DNA of 64,000 nucleotides from an uncultured Acidobacteriaceae bacterium (GCA_964246835.1 CAXTRT010000019.1:5918-69917); one strand, 5' to 3'; shown: positions 28,582-38,940, counted from the stretch's first letter. Notes: a model not told the origin generated them from the sequence alone. A program made the numbers and translations.

Positions 28582-28659
28582 GGGACTCTCTTCGCGAACT
28601 GAAGCATCTTCGCCTGTGCACTCGAGCCTGCATCCTCCAACGGAGATTTCGGTTGAGAC

Positions 28660-29244
28660 CTAAGCCAGCGCTCGAGGGATGGCTTCCGCCCATCGGCCTT
28701 GCGCTTTGAGAATGAGTTCAATGACCTCGCGCGCTGTGCCGCGCCCTGCCATCCGCTGCGTTACATAGTGGCAGACCGCCTTTAGTTCGGGAACGCCATC
28801 CGCCACACACACCCCCAAGCCGGCACGTCGCGCCAGCGGAATATCCGGCAGATCATCTCCCATGTAGGCAATCTCCTCTTCGGTAACACCGGCCTGTTTC
28901 ATGCAGTCTTCAAAGGCCTCCGTCTTCGTTGCCTGACCGAGACATACGAAGCTTACCTTCAGCTCCTTTGCACGTTGCGCCACCGCGGGCGATCGGCGGC
29001 CCGTAATAAAGCCTGTTTGAATACCCATAGTGTGGGCAAGCGAGAGGCCCTGGCCATCCTGCGCATTAAACACCTTCATCTCAGAGACCGCAGAAGCCGC
29101 ATCGCTATCGGACGACACCGAGGAGATCAGGCATACTCCACCGTCCGTGAGGGTTCCATCAACGTCCATAAGGAAGAGCTTGATCTTGCGTGCGCGTGTC
29201 AGGACATCGGGAGAGACAGGCAGATTAACCGAGAGATCCGTCAT
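28660..29244 (-). CDS. kdsC: 3-deoxy-D-manno-octulosonate 8-phosphate phosphatase (HAD-IIIA)
   Basis: 194 aa with KLFLMDVDGTLTDGG, GIQTGFITGR, YMGDDLPD. Confidence 0.8.
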   Translation of the reverse strand: MTDLSVNLPVSPDVLTRARKIKLFLMDVDGTLTDGGVCLISSVSSDSDAASAVSEMKVFNAQDGQGLSLAHTMGIQTGFITGRRSPAVAQRAKELKVSFVCLGQATKTEAFEDCMKQAGVTEEEIAYMGDDLPDIPLARRAGLGVCVADGVPELKAVCHYVTQRMAGRGTAREVIELILKAQGRWAEAIPRALA

Positions 29245-29309
29245 ACAGTGATGCTACCGGATCAATCGTCCGGCTCTGATCTGCGATGCTGAACATTGAC
29301 TTGCAGAAG

Positions 29310-29528
29310 TCAGTGGACAGCTTCTACGGTTTCCTGCTGACCGCGACACACCTCACAGGAATCTTTGTGACGCCTGAGATCTGTCTCCAGTTTGAGGATC
29401 TTCTCTTGCCTCTGATGGAGGCGGTTGCGGATACCGGCCTCGGTCAAGCCAAGCAGCAGAGCAGGAGAGCCCTCATTGTGCGCCGATTGCAGAAAGCGTT
29501 CCAGTTCGATACATGTGCGACATGACAT
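29310..29528 (-). CDS. small hypothetical protein with two CxxC pairs
   Basis: 72 aa. CRTC at residues 3-6 and CEVC at 58-61, flanking a charged helical stretch. Purine-rich GAGGGAAGGG precedes the ATG. No family recognised. Confidence 0.4.
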   Translation of the reverse strand: MSCRTCIELERFLQSAHNEGSPALLLGLTEAGIRNRLHQRQEKILKLETDLRRHKDSCEVCRGQQETVEAVH

Positions 29529-29614
29529 AAACCCTTCCCTCTTCGCCTAAGCATAGGCCACATTCTCTTTCCCTCACAGCTACGGTGAAGACGGACCGCT
29601 GCTACTCTGATGTC

Positions 29615-30106
29615 ATGTCGTGGTTTGCGCTCTTTTTTCTTTCCTTATCGGTAGCTGGCCAGGACGTTACGATCCCGACAGGCGCGTCTATCCTGCGTTC
29701 GGTTAATGGGCGGGGGGTACAGATCTATCGCTGTACGCGAAAGGCAGATCAGAGTCTTTGGATCTTGGAGGCTCCTGAAGCCATGCTGTTCGAATCGGGT
29801 AACACTGCCGTCGGCAGCCACGGCGCAGGTCCTGTGTGGACATGGAAGGACGGCAGTTCGATTTTGGGAACCGTTATGCAGAAGGTGCCTGCGCCGGACG
29901 CCGGCAGCATTCCGTGGCTGCTGCTCTCTGCTCAGCCGCGGTCAAATGCTCCTGGCGTGCTCGCCTCCGTTCGCTGGGTTCGCCGCTTTGACACGCAAGG
30001 CGGTGTTGCTCCTCAGACTGGATGCGATGCTGGCCACGAGCGCGCTCTGACCCGTGTTCCCTACTCGGCGACCTACACGTTCTACACCGGTGATGCACAG
30101 CCCTAG
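29615..30106 (+). CDS. secreted DUF3455-like protein
   Basis: ATG 29615 gives MSWFALFFLSLSVAGQ (signal peptide). GVQIYRC...GSHGAGPVWTWKDGS...IPWLLL matches my recollection of DUF3455. Confidence 0.5.
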   Translation: MSWFALFFLSLSVAGQDVTIPTGASILRSVNGRGVQIYRCTRKADQSLWILEAPEAMLFESGNTAVGSHGAGPVWTWKDGSSILGTVMQKVPAPDAGSIPWLLLSAQPRSNAPGVLASVRWVRRFDTQGGVAPQTGCDAGHERALTRVPYSATYTFYTGDAQP

Positions 30107-30125
30107 GCAACCATCCAGCCTCATC

Positions 30126-32597
30126 TCAGTTTCGCGACGGTCCACTGCGAGGCCACGTCCAATCGCGAGCATCCTCTCGATCAATGCCATTCTCGTGCGC
30201 ATAGTTGATGCTGTCGATGATTTGATCCTGCAGCCATGCCTTCGTATGCGCGGCCGAAGCCCGAAGCATCGGAACCCGATCGATAACATCCATAGCCAGC
30301 GTGAAACGATCCACTCCATTTAGGATCGCCAGTTCCAGTGGCGTGTTGATGTTGCCCTTCTCCTTGTAACCATGAACGTGGAAATTTGCGTGATTGGACC
30401 GCTTGTACGTCAGCTTATGGATTAGCGACGAATAGGCATGGAAGTTGAAGATGACCGGCTTATCCCTGGTGAACAGACCGTCGAACTCGCGTTCGGTTAG
30501 ACCATGTGGATGCTCCCGGTCAGACATGAGCCGGAAAAGATCCACGACGTTGATGAACCGTATCTTTACGCTCGCGCACCGCTCACGCAAAATCGCCACT
30601 GCCGCGAGCGACTCGGATGTAGGAATATCGCCGGCGCAGGCCATCACCACATCCGGCTCATGGCCCGCATCGTTCGACGCGAAGTCCCAGATTCCGATGC
30701 CCTTCGTGCAGTGGCGGATCGCCGTATCCATATCGAGGTACTGCAGATGCAATGCCTTGTCAGCAACTATTACGTTAACGTAGTCCGTGCTGCGCAGGCA
30801 GTGATCCGCAACGGACAGCAGGCAGTTCGCATCCGGCGGCAGATAGATGCGCGTAATCTCGGGGCTTTTGTTCGTTACGATGTCGAGAAAGCCCGGATCC
30901 TGATGCGTAAAGCCGTTGTGATCCTGCCGCCATACCAGTGAGCTGATTAGGAGATTGATCGATGAGATCGGTGCACGCCAGCGCAGCTCGAGCTTACTCT
31001 TCTCAAGCCACTTCGCATGCTGATTGAACATCGAGTCGATGATGTGGACGAAAGCCTCATAGCTGTTCAGCAGGCCATGACGTCCAGTCAGCACGTAGCC
31101 CTCAAACCAGCCCTCAAGCGTGTGCTCGCTGAGCATCTCCATCACGCGGCCGCTGGGCGAAAGATAGCCGCCATCGTCGTCCAACGGAAGGCGCTCCTCC
31201 ATCCAGGTCTTGCCACTCGCCTCATACATCAACTGCAGCTTATTCGAGGCCGTCTCATCCGGGCCGAAGACGCGAAAGCTCTTCATGTTGCGGCGAATCG
31301 TATCGCGCAGAAATCCGCCCAGCGTCTCCGTTGAGGAGACCATGACCTGACCCGGTTGATCGAGCTTGATGGCGTAGTCGCGGAAGTCAGGCAGCTCTAA
31401 TGGTTTGCGCAGTGAGCCGCCGTTCGCATGTGGATTCGCACTGATTCGGCGAGTTCCCACCGGCGGCACTGCCTTAAGCTCCGGAATGAGCGCGCCGGCC
31501 TCGTCAAAGAGCTCCTCCGGCTTATAGCTCCGCAGCCATGTCTCCAGATCATGCAGCTGATCCGGTTTCGTTACAGGATCGAGTATCGGAATCTGGTGAG
31601 CGCGCCATGAGCCCTCCACCTGATGGCCCGCGACGACCTTTGGCCCAGTCCATCCCTTCGGCGAGCGCAGTACGATCATCGGCCAGTGCGGGCGTGGTGG
31701 TATCGCATCGGCCGGAGCGCTCCGCGCCTCCTGCTGAATCCGGCGAATCTCCAGAACGCACTGCTCCATCGTCTCCGCCATCAGTTGATGCATCGTCATG
31801 GGGTCATCGCCTTCGACCACAAAGGGCTTCCATCCCAGTCCGTGAAAGAGGCTGCTTAGTTCGTCGGGAGAAATCCGAGCCAGAACCGTAGGATTTGCGA
31901 TTTTGTAACCATTCAGGTGAAGTATCGGAAGCACTGCGCCGTCATGCACTGGATTCAGGAACTTGTTCGAGTGCCACGATGTCGCGAGGGGTCCGGTCTC
32001 GGACTCACCATCACCAACCATGACCGCTACGATCAGCTCCGGATTATCGAATGCCGCGCCAAAGCCATGCGAGAGGCTGTAGCCGAGCTCGCCGCCCTCG
32101 TGAATCGATCCCGGCGTTTCGGGCGTGCAATGACTGCCGATTCCGCCGGGAAACGAAAACTGCTTCATAAACTTCTGCAGGCCCGCGAGATCCTGGCTTT
32201 TGTCCGGATAAACCTCGGAGTACACGCCTTCAAGATAGCTGTTCGACAACGTTGCCGGCGCTCCATGTCCCGGTCCGGAGATGTACATCAGATCAAGATC
32301 GTACTTCTTGATCATGCGATTCAGGTGAACCCACGTAAACGTCTGGCCCGGATCTGATCCCCAGTGACCCAGCAGACGATTCTTGATGTGCTCAGGCTTT
32401 AGCGGCTCGCGCAGCAGAGGGTTCGCGCGCAGATACAACATACCCGCACAGAGATAGTTACATGCGCGCCAGTAGGCGTCCGTGAGCCGCAGCTCTTCGG
32501 CAGAGAGTGCTGCCGAAGAGGACTGTATCGATTGTGTGCTGATCGCGGAGCTGCTCATTGTAAGGACCTCGTGCTGCCGCAACCGCGGCTGAGTCAA
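30126..32597 (-). CDS. xfp: xylulose-5-phosphate/fructose-6-phosphate phosphoketolase
   Basis: [43 protein letters not shown] 32597 overlaps the ackA stop (TTGA); the alternative start is ATG 32558. Confidence 0.93.
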   Translation of the reverse strand: MTQPRLRQHEVLTMSSSAISTQSIQSSSAALSAEELRLTDAYWRACNYLCAGMLYLRANPLLREPLKPEHIKNRLLGHWGSDPGQTFTWVHLNRMIKKYDLDLMYISGPGHGAPATLSNSYLEGVYSEVYPDKSQDLAGLQKFMKQFSFPGGIGSHCTPETPGSIHEGGELGYSLSHGFGAAFDNPELIVAVMVGDGESETGPLATSWHSNKFLNPVHDGAVLPILHLNGYKIANPTVLARISPDELSSLFHGLGWKPFVVEGDDPMTMHQLMAETMEQCVLEIRRIQQEARSAPADAIPPRPHWPMIVLRSPKGWTGPKVVAGHQVEGSWRAHQIPILDPVTKPDQLHDLETWLRSYKPEELFDEAGALIPELKAVPPVGTRRISANPHANGGSLRKPLELPDFRDYAIKLDQPGQVMVSSTETLGGFLRDTIRRNMKSFRVFGPDETASNKLQLMYEASGKTWMEERLPLDDDGGYLSPSGRVMEMLSEHTLEGWFEGYVLTGRHGLLNSYEAFVHIIDSMFNQHAKWLEKSKLELRWRAPISSINLLISSLVWRQDHNGFTHQDPGFLDIVTNKSPEITRIYLPPDANCLLSVADHCLRSTDYVNVIVADKALHLQYLDMDTAIRHCTKGIGIWDFASNDAGHEPDVVMACAGDIPTSESLAAVAILRERCASVKIRFINVVDLFRLMSDREHPHGLTEREFDGLFTRDKPVIFNFHAYSSLIHKLTYKRSNHANFHVHGYKEKGNINTPLELAILNGVDRFTLAMDVIDRVPMLRASAAHTKAWLQDQIIDSINYAHENGIDREDARDWTWPRSGPSRN

Positions 32598-33823
32598 TCG
32601 TTGGAGTTACCGTCGGTGTTCGCCATGCGTGCGACATGCATGGCAATCATGAGATCTTCCTGCGCTGGAGCGATGAGGATGCGCGTCAGTGATTCAGATG
32701 CACTCATTCCTCGCACATCGCGGCCTTTCGCCGCATTGAGTTCCTCATCAACACGAATACCAAGCGAATCGAGCCCGCTGAGGCTCTCGCTCCGTGTCGC
32801 CTCATCATGCTCGCCAATGCCGCCGGTGAAGACGATCGCGTCCAGGCCGCCCAGCAACCAGACAAAGCTGCCAATCGTCTTTTTAATACAGCGCGTGAAG
32901 ACCTTTAGGGCCAGAACCGCTTCCGCACTGCCGTCCTTCGCCGCGTGCCGCACGGTCTGCATGTTGTTCTCAAGTCCCGAGAGCGCAACCATGCCGGAGC
33001 TATGATTTAGCAGCTTTACCACAGCCGACACGGCCTCCATACCTACCTCCTTCTGTTGCCGCAGCAGGTACAAAACAAGCCCAGGATCGAGATCGCCCGG
33101 CCGCGTTCCCATCACCACGCCGCCATCCGGCGTGAGGCCCATGGACGTATCGATCGAGCAGCCATCTTGCAGTGCCGTCACGCTACATCCGCTGCCAAGA
33201 TGAGCAATCACCATCCGCTGCGGCATCGGCTCTTCGCATTTTCGCAGCTGATAGACAACCGACTCGCAACTCAAACCGTGAAACCCGTACCGCTGCACAC
33301 CGATGTCTCGAAAGCTCTTCGGGATCGCGTAGATCGAGGCTTCCTCCGGCATGGTGCGATGAAACTCCGTGTCGAAGCAGGCATAGTGACCCAACTCGGG
33401 AAAGCGCTCCATCGATGCGCGAATCACCTCGATCACAGCCGGATCGTGTAGCGGCGCGAAGTCGATGGCCTGTTCAAGCTCGCGGAACACGGCGGGCGTA
33501 ATACGCTGGTGGCCGCTCAGCCTCGCACCCGGATGAACGACGCGGTAGCCTACCGCATCGAATGCCGGCATGCCGGGCCTAGTCACTAGGTCAAGGACAG
33601 CTCGCGCAGCCTCCGCCGGTGTGCCTGCAGTGGGCGCCACATGCTGCTCCATGTCCTGAGCCTCGCCGGTGCGCTCCAGCTTCAACACCGTATGCGCGCC
33701 ACCAATCCCGCTAAGCTCTCCGTCAAGAAGCGGCTTTGGCTCCCCGCCTGCACCAGCGAAGACCGTCTCATAAACCGAAAACTTCAGCGAAGAAGAGCCA
33801 CTATTGATGACGAGAATGCGCAT
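32594..33823 (-). CDS. ackA: acetate kinase
   Basis: [15 protein letters not shown] from ATG 33823 (AAGGAA 6 nt upstream); also RYGFHGLS and TGGIGEH. The track start 33844 lacks an RBS. Confidence 0.92.
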   Translation of the reverse strand: MRILVINSGSSSLKFSVYETVFAGAGGEPKPLLDGELSGIGGAHTVLKLERTGEAQDMEQHVAPTAGTPAEAARAVLDLVTRPGMPAFDAVGYRVVHPGARLSGHQRITPAVFRELEQAIDFAPLHDPAVIEVIRASMERFPELGHYACFDTEFHRTMPEEASIYAIPKSFRDIGVQRYGFHGLSCESVVYQLRKCEEPMPQRMVIAHLGSGCSVTALQDGCSIDTSMGLTPDGGVVMGTRPGDLDPGLVLYLLRQQKEVGMEAVSAVVKLLNHSSGMVALSGLENNMQTVRHAAKDGSAEAVLALKVFTRCIKKTIGSFVWLLGGLDAIVFTGGIGEHDEATRSESLSGLDSLGIRVDEELNAAKGRDVRGMSASESLTRILIAPAQEDLMIAMHVARMANTDGNSND

Positions 33824-33962
33824 CGGGGTTCCTTGACGGTACATCCTGTGAGATGCATCTGTATGAAACGCTGCTTACAAAGACCAATTCTTCAGCAACG
33901 ACCACCTGTTCGCCGCTAAGGATCTCCTCACACGTTGTGTCAGCAACAGCATCTTAGATCCA

Positions 33963-34508
33963 ATGACCTTTGCAGCGACGGCTCCGTCGAAGACAACCAA
34001 TGTGCTGACTTTGCGGCTTGATGCAGAGTCTCATACGCACTTCGATCAGCTGCGCCGGCGTCATTTTCCTCCTGAGCGCAACCTCATCGCCGCGCACGTC
34101 ACCCTCTTTCACACACTGCCGGACGAGCCCTGGATCGACGAGAGGCTTACATCCATCGCCGCTGCGCAGCTTTCTTTTATAGTCGCTGTCACGGGCGTTC
34201 GCTCGCTTGGCAAGGGAGTCGCCTACCGGCTTGCCGCAACGGAACTGCACAGCTTGCATGTGGTGCTGACGCATACCTTCGCCGAAGAACTTACGCCACA
34301 GGACAGGCAGCGATTTCAGCCGCACGTCGTGGTGCAAAATAAGGTGACGCCGGCCGCGGCTCGCGATCTGCTGACGACCCTTGAAGGTCAGTTTGCGCCA
34401 TGGAGCGTCCAGGCGGAGGGCCTGGATCTCTGGCACTACCACGGTGGCCCATGGCAGCATGCACGCACCTTTCCCTTCGCGTCGGCCTCTTCTACGAGAG
34501 CTCGATAG
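33963..34508 (+). CDS. 2H phosphoesterase superfamily protein (2'-5' RNA ligase-like)
   Basis: 181 aa. First HxTx motif is HVTLFHTL; the second is degenerate (HVVVQNK). The 3' end overlaps the convergent hemY stop by 17 nt. Confidence 0.55.
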   Translation: MTFAATAPSKTTNVLTLRLDAESHTHFDQLRRRHFPPERNLIAAHVTLFHTLPDEPWIDERLTSIAAAQLSFIVAVTGVRSLGKGVAYRLAATELHSLHVVLTHTFAEELTPQDRQRFQPHVVVQNKVTPAAARDLLTTLEGQFAPWSVQAEGLDLWHYHGGPWQHARTFPFASASSTRAR

Positions 34509-35988
34509 CGAGTGTTCGCGCTTCGCGAATCAGATCGGGAAGTCCGACGCCGCGCAGTCCGTTGCCCAACAGATGCAGGCCGGCGATGCCAGCTATCTGA
34601 CGACTCAGCGCAGCGATCCGCTCCAGGTGCCCGACCGAGTACTGCGGCAGGCTGAGCGGCCAGCGACGCACCTCCGCAAACGCGGGCTCGGGCAGCATAC
34701 CGCCATTCGCCGGCCCTAGAATGCTGTTCAGTTCGCGCAGCGCCAGCTCAGCTAAGTGCGCGTCGGATCGATTAGCCGCAAGCAGTTCACGGGCGGAGTC
34801 TGCTCCGAAGAAGGCGCGCAGCAGCTGCCCGCCGGCGGGCACACGCCCGGCGAACTTCTGGTCTACGAATGTGGTTGCCAGCAGCTGCGAACCGGCGGGC
34901 TGCCCGTCCCGCGGCGGCGGAACGAGGAAACCGAAGCCCTGCGGCATGTGCAGAGTCGCGCCGGTCCACGCCAGCGCGACCATGATGGCCGAACTGGCCT
35001 CGAGCGGCAGCAGATGCGCGAGGCCGCGGTCGATCGGCTTGAGCAACTCTGCCGTCAGAGGCGAGGGTGTCGCAAGGATGATCTCGTCGAAGGTCTCTTC
35101 GCGGGTCGCGCCGCGCGGTACGTTGCCCGCGCTGTGCGGCTCGTTGTCCACAGCCTTGTGAGCGCGATGCTGCACCAGCCAGCCGGTGTGCCTCTCCGGG
35201 TCTGCACGGCGAAGGCTGACGACCTGCCGGCCCAGGTGAAGAACTCCCGGTGGAAGCTGCGCCGTCAGTCGGTCGGTCAGAGTGCCGAGACCGGGTCGCA
35301 GCGAGGTAAAGATCGGCTGTCCCGGCTGGCCAGTGGCGCGACGCTCGGCCTCCCGTTCCTCAAGCGCCGCGATGAGCGATCCGCGCTCGCGCTCCATGGC
35401 GACGAACGGCGCCATGACGGCGCGCACACTCAGTGTTCCAACATCACCGCCGAAGACGCCGGAGAGCAGCGGCGCGGCCAACCGGTCCAGCACCTCGCGG
35501 CCGAAGTGACGCTCCGTGAAGCTGGCTATCGATTCATCCTCGATCGGCGCGGATCGCTGCAGCTCCGGCCCACGCTCCACCTCATCGTGAAATGCCTGGA
35601 GCATCGCCGTCGAGAGCAGCGGAGAGGCCTTCATAGCAGCCAGAGCCGCGCGTGATGTCGGCACCATCATGCGCAGGCCATCCGGCATCGTCTCAAGGCT
35701 GCCGTTCAGCAGCAGATGTGTCTTGCGCGTGTCATCCTTCGACGCGATCAGCTCCTGCGCCAAGCCGAGTTCGTTCACCAGATCGCGCGCGGCCGGCTTT
35801 TCACTTACCCAGGAGTCAGGCCCCAGTTCGACGATGAAGCCGTCTCGCCGCACCGTCTCGACGATGCCGCCGGTTCGTTCGCTGGCTTCAAAGAGCGTCA
35901 CGTCGGCGGGTGGGGTGCCCGGCCGCGTCAGCTGCCATGCCGCAGTCAGCCCACTAATGCCCGCGCCGACGATGGCGATGCGCTTCAT
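34492..35988 (-). CDS. hemY: protoporphyrinogen/coproporphyrinogen III oxidase (HemY family, FAD)
   Basis: MKRIAIVGAGISGLTAAWQL dinucleotide-binding N-terminus, 498 aa, GVGLPDLI near the C-terminus. Operon context with hemH and hemE. Confidence 0.88.
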   Translation of the reverse strand: MKRIAIVGAGISGLTAAWQLTRPGTPPADVTLFEASERTGGIVETVRRDGFIVELGPDSWVSEKPAARDLVNELGLAQELIASKDDTRKTHLLLNGSLETMPDGLRMMVPTSRAALAAMKASPLLSTAMLQAFHDEVERGPELQRSAPIEDESIASFTERHFGREVLDRLAAPLLSGVFGGDVGTLSVRAVMAPFVAMERERGSLIAALEEREAERRATGQPGQPIFTSLRPGLGTLTDRLTAQLPPGVLHLGRQVVSLRRADPERHTGWLVQHRAHKAVDNEPHSAGNVPRGATREETFDEIILATPSPLTAELLKPIDRGLAHLLPLEASSAIMVALAWTGATLHMPQGFGFLVPPPRDGQPAGSQLLATTFVDQKFAGRVPAGGQLLRAFFGADSARELLAANRSDAHLAELALRELNSILGPANGGMLPEPAFAEVRRWPLSLPQYSVGHLERIAALSRQIAGIAGLHLLGNGLRGVGLPDLIREARTLAIELS

Positions 35989-35995
35989 GGTCCGG

Positions 35996-37237
35996 TCAGG
36001 CGGGAACGGCGGCAGGCTGCGGCTCGGCTACCGGAGCCGCGACGGACGGAGTCTCAGGGTGCGGCGCACCCGGCTGCGGCAGTTCGTCGATGTCGGCGGC
36101 GAAGCGGCCTGTCGCCACGTCCACCAGTGCGCGGATCAGCGTTGCCGAGTCGTTCAGGCTCTCGGCGCGCCACAGCTCCATGCCGAGCTCGCGCGCCGTC
36201 TCCTTGAAGGCGATGTCGATGTCGTAGAGGATCTCAACGTGGTCGCAGAGGAAGCCGACAGGCTGCAGGACTACGCCTTTGTGGCCCTCGGCGGCGAGCG
36301 CCTTCAGGGTGTCCTCGACCGAGGGGCCGATCCACGGCGCGCCGGCGACTCCCTGGCTCTGGAAGGCGAAGAACCAGTCGCGCTCGGTGAGCCCTAGCGG
36401 CCTGAGCCGGGCCGCGATGGCAGCGGCGGTGTTCTTGCACTCGACCGGATAGGGATCGGGCTCGATGCGCGCGTCGTAGGCCTGGATGCCGTCTGCCGGC
36501 GCGGGCGCGTCCCTGCGTACCGGCGCGTTGGCGGTGCCTGCGAGGATGGTGCGGCACGGAACCGAGTGGGCGGTGAAGAGGATGGGGACGCGGCGCTGCT
36601 GGATGGCGCAGGCCTCCGCCCAGACCGGCCACATGCGCTCGGCAAAGGCGAGAGAGAGCAGCGGGTTCGCGGCCCAGCCGGCGACGAACTCTACCTCCAT
36701 CGCGGGCTCGGTTGCGGTGGCCGCCGCGGCCGCAAGCACGGCGCGGCGGTAGAGGCCGACCGAGGTTCGGGAGTTCTGCGGGGCGAGGCAGATGGCCTTG
36801 CAGCGCGTGATGCCGTCGCGGCGCATCTCGGCGACTACGTCCGCGATGAAGGGATGCCAGTTGCGCATGCCGACGTAGACGCGCGGCTGGCGGCCGTCGT
36901 TTGGCGCGTAGCGCGGGTAGGAGCCTTCAAGCCGGCTGGCCTGGATGACGGTCCAGCGGGTGAGCGGTGGCGGCTCCTCGCCGGGCGTCTCGGCGAGGCC
37001 GATCTCGGCGTAGCGGTGCTGCAGCTCCTCGACCACACTTTCGGGCAGCGCGCGGCCGCTGGTGACGTGCTTGAGGTACTCGGCCATCTCGCCGAGGACA
37101 TCGGGCGTGCCGTGGGCGAGAAGGAGGATGGCGGTCTGCTGCGCCGCGGCGCCCCTCCCTGGGTGTACTTCCGGTCTAAAGTCTTCCATCGGCATGGCTT
37201 GGGTCCTGAGTCTGGGGCGGTGTTGCAGTAAGTTCAA
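35996..37237 (-). CDS. hemH: ferrochelatase (proto- or coproporphyrin)
   Basis: ILLLAHGTP, FTAHSVP, GFLCDHVEILYDIDI. TTG start; Pro/Ala-rich C-terminal tail. Confidence 0.9.
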   Translation of the reverse strand: MNLLQHRPRLRTQAMPMEDFRPEVHPGRGAAAQQTAILLLAHGTPDVLGEMAEYLKHVTSGRALPESVVEELQHRYAEIGLAETPGEEPPPLTRWTVIQASRLEGSYPRYAPNDGRQPRVYVGMRNWHPFIADVVAEMRRDGITRCKAICLAPQNSRTSVGLYRRAVLAAAAATATEPAMEVEFVAGWAANPLLSLAFAERMWPVWAEACAIQQRRVPILFTAHSVPCRTILAGTANAPVRRDAPAPADGIQAYDARIEPDPYPVECKNTAAAIAARLRPLGLTERDWFFAFQSQGVAGAPWIGPSVEDTLKALAAEGHKGVVLQPVGFLCDHVEILYDIDIAFKETARELGMELWRAESLNDSATLIRALVDVATGRFAADIDELPQPGAPHPETPSVAAPVAEPQPAAVPA

Positions 37238-37264
37238 GTCTGTAGCTCTTAGTGGGTCCGAACG

Positions 37265-37305
37265 AAAAGCAGGTTCCTCGCGTTGCTCGGAATGGAAGAA
37301 AGAAA
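37265..37305 (+). repeat. dispersed intergenic repeat, family 1 subfamily b
   Basis: AAAAGCAGGTTCCTCGCGTTGCTCGGAATGGAAGAAAGAAA is identical over 41/41 nt to 52327-52367. It lies between hemE and hemH. Confidence 0.9.
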
Positions 37306-37412
37306 GGCAAGAACGTACTCAGAGCTTCTACACGGATCGTGATGGTTCAGGTCTGACCTGAAGCTGTATCTCCATTTTAGGCTGGCGGGGAGAGTGTCTG
37401 CGCCAATCGGTT

Positions 37413-38531
37413 TCAGCGGGTGAAGTCGCGGACCCAGCGGGCGACGGCGATCACATTTTCGACCGGGGTTCCGGGCACAATGCCGTGGCCGAGGTTGAAG
37501 ATGTGGCCGGGGCGGCGGGCGGCGGCGCGGAGGATTGCTTCGGTTCGCGTGCGAAGCAGGTCCTGCGAGGCAAAGAGCGCGATGGGATCGAGGTTGCCCT
37601 GAACGCCGACGGCGTAGTCCAGGCCGCGCCAGGCCTGATCCAGGTCGACGCGCCAGTCGAGGCCGAGCACGTCGGCTCCGGTGCGGCGCATGGTGGGGAG
37701 CAGCGACGCGGTATCGACGCCGAAGTAGATCACCGGAACGCCGAGCGCCTGAACGCGGCGGACCAGCTCGGTCGTAGAGGGAAGGCAGAACTGTGTGTAG
37801 TCGGGGATCGAGAGCGAACCGGCCCAGGAGTCGAAGATCTGGATCACATCCGCGCCGGCCTCCACCTGCTGGGCGGCGTAGGCGACCAGGACTGTGAGCA
37901 GCTTTTCCTGCAGGAGCGGCCAGGCAGCGGCGTCCGGGTGCCCGGGCTGGGCGCTCGCGTACATGAGCCGCTTGCTCTCGATGTAGTTGCGTGACGACCC
38001 GCCTTCGATCATGTACGAGGCTAGCGTGAAGGGCGCGCCGATGAAGCCGATGATGCCCAGTTGATCGCCATCAGCGCGCGGCGGACTGAAGTGCGCGGCT
38101 ACCCTCTCAATGGCGCGGGCGACGTACGAAAGCTCTTCCGCGCGGTCGGTTACAAGCGCCTGCACCTGGGTGAGCGAGCGGATGGGCTGGTGGACGACCG
38201 GGCCCTCGCCGGCCACGAACTCGAAGTCCAGGCCCATGGGAGTGAAGGGGAGCAGCAGATCGGCGAAGATGATGGCCGCATCCACGCCCAGCCGCTCGGC
38301 CGCCGTGATGGTGACCTCGGCCGCGATCTCCGGCGTGCGGCAGATGTCGAGCAGGGTATGGTGCTTGCGCACGGCCATGTACTCCGGCATATAGCGCCCG
38401 GCCTGGCGGAGGAACCAGACCGGCGTGCGATCCACGGGACGGCGCAGACAGGCGCGGACGAAGCGGCTGCCTTGCGGGGTGATCTCTGCCCCGGGAACGG
38501 TCGCGGGCGCTTCGCTGATGGCGTGGTTCAC
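37413..38531 (-). CDS. hemE: uroporphyrinogen decarboxylase
   Basis: RTPVWFLRQAGRYMPEY, IIFADLL, IQIFDSWAG. Confidence 0.93.
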   Translation of the reverse strand: MNHAISEAPATVPGAEITPQGSRFVRACLRRPVDRTPVWFLRQAGRYMPEYMAVRKHHTLLDICRTPEIAAEVTITAAERLGVDAAIIFADLLLPFTPMGLDFEFVAGEGPVVHQPIRSLTQVQALVTDRAEELSYVARAIERVAAHFSPPRADGDQLGIIGFIGAPFTLASYMIEGGSSRNYIESKRLMYASAQPGHPDAAAWPLLQEKLLTVLVAYAAQQVEAGADVIQIFDSWAGSLSIPDYTQFCLPSTTELVRRVQALGVPVIYFGVDTASLLPTMRRTGADVLGLDWRVDLDQAWRGLDYAVGVQGNLDPIALFASQDLLRTRTEAILRAAARRPGHIFNLGHGIVPGTPVENVIAVARWVRDFTR

Positions 38532-38664
38532 AGGGGCTCTCTCCCTTATGAGCCTAGCACCGCGCTTGCGCCATGGCCCAGAGAGGAGAAGCGGGTCTGC
38601 ACGGAATGGAAGACGCAGACGATCTTGCGTCCCAGGTCGCTCTGCTCAGGGTTTGTCGATGACG

Positions 38665-38940
38665 GTGTATGTGCGTCGCTTCGCGCCATCAATGAAGAGT
38701 GAATTGGCGGGGTTTCGCTGCACTCAGAATCGCAAAGCAAAGGGCTACATTTTGTAATGGCATGTGAGTGCGTGTACGTCGCTGCGCTCCGTCGTTAAAA
38801 GCAAGTGCGGGGATTCTTCGCTGCGCTCAGAATGACAAACATACAACAGAAGCGAAAGCAGGTTCTTCGCTACGCTCAGAATGACAAGGCAAGGGCAAAG
38901 GCGAGAAGCAGGTTCTTCGCTGCGCTCAGAATGACAAACA
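38665..38940 (+). repeat. cluster of about six head-to-tail family-1 repeat units (about 50-nt period)
   Basis: The three best units are GGATTCTTCGCTGCGCTCAGAATGACAAAC (38811-38840), GGTTCTTCGCTACGCTCAGAATGACAAGG (38861-38889) and GGTTCTTCGCTGCGCTCAGAATGACAAAC (38911-38939). Degenerate units lie upstream (GTCGCTTCGCGCC..., GGTTTCGCTGCACTCAGAATCGCAAAG, GTCGCTGCGCTCCGTCG). Confidence 0.85.

Noticed and set aside
28570-28659. Molybdenum-cofactor riboswitch upstream of the oxyanion transporter
   Set aside because: Only 90 nt are available and a consensus -10 box sits 6 nt from the ATG, so there is no room for the ~130-nt Moco element.
33954-34460. 168-aa minus-strand ORF
   Set aside because: It overlaps the plus-strand 2H-phosphoesterase-like ORF, which at least carries an HxTx motif. 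This one has no motifs.
38665-38940. CRISPR-like regular repeat/spacer pattern (about 30-nt repeat, about 20-nt spacer)
   Set aside because: There are only three good repeats. The spacers are too short and resemble each other (GCAAAGG/GCGAGA). The same repeat occurs singly at several other intergenic sites, and no cas genes are present. It fits a REP-type element cluster better.
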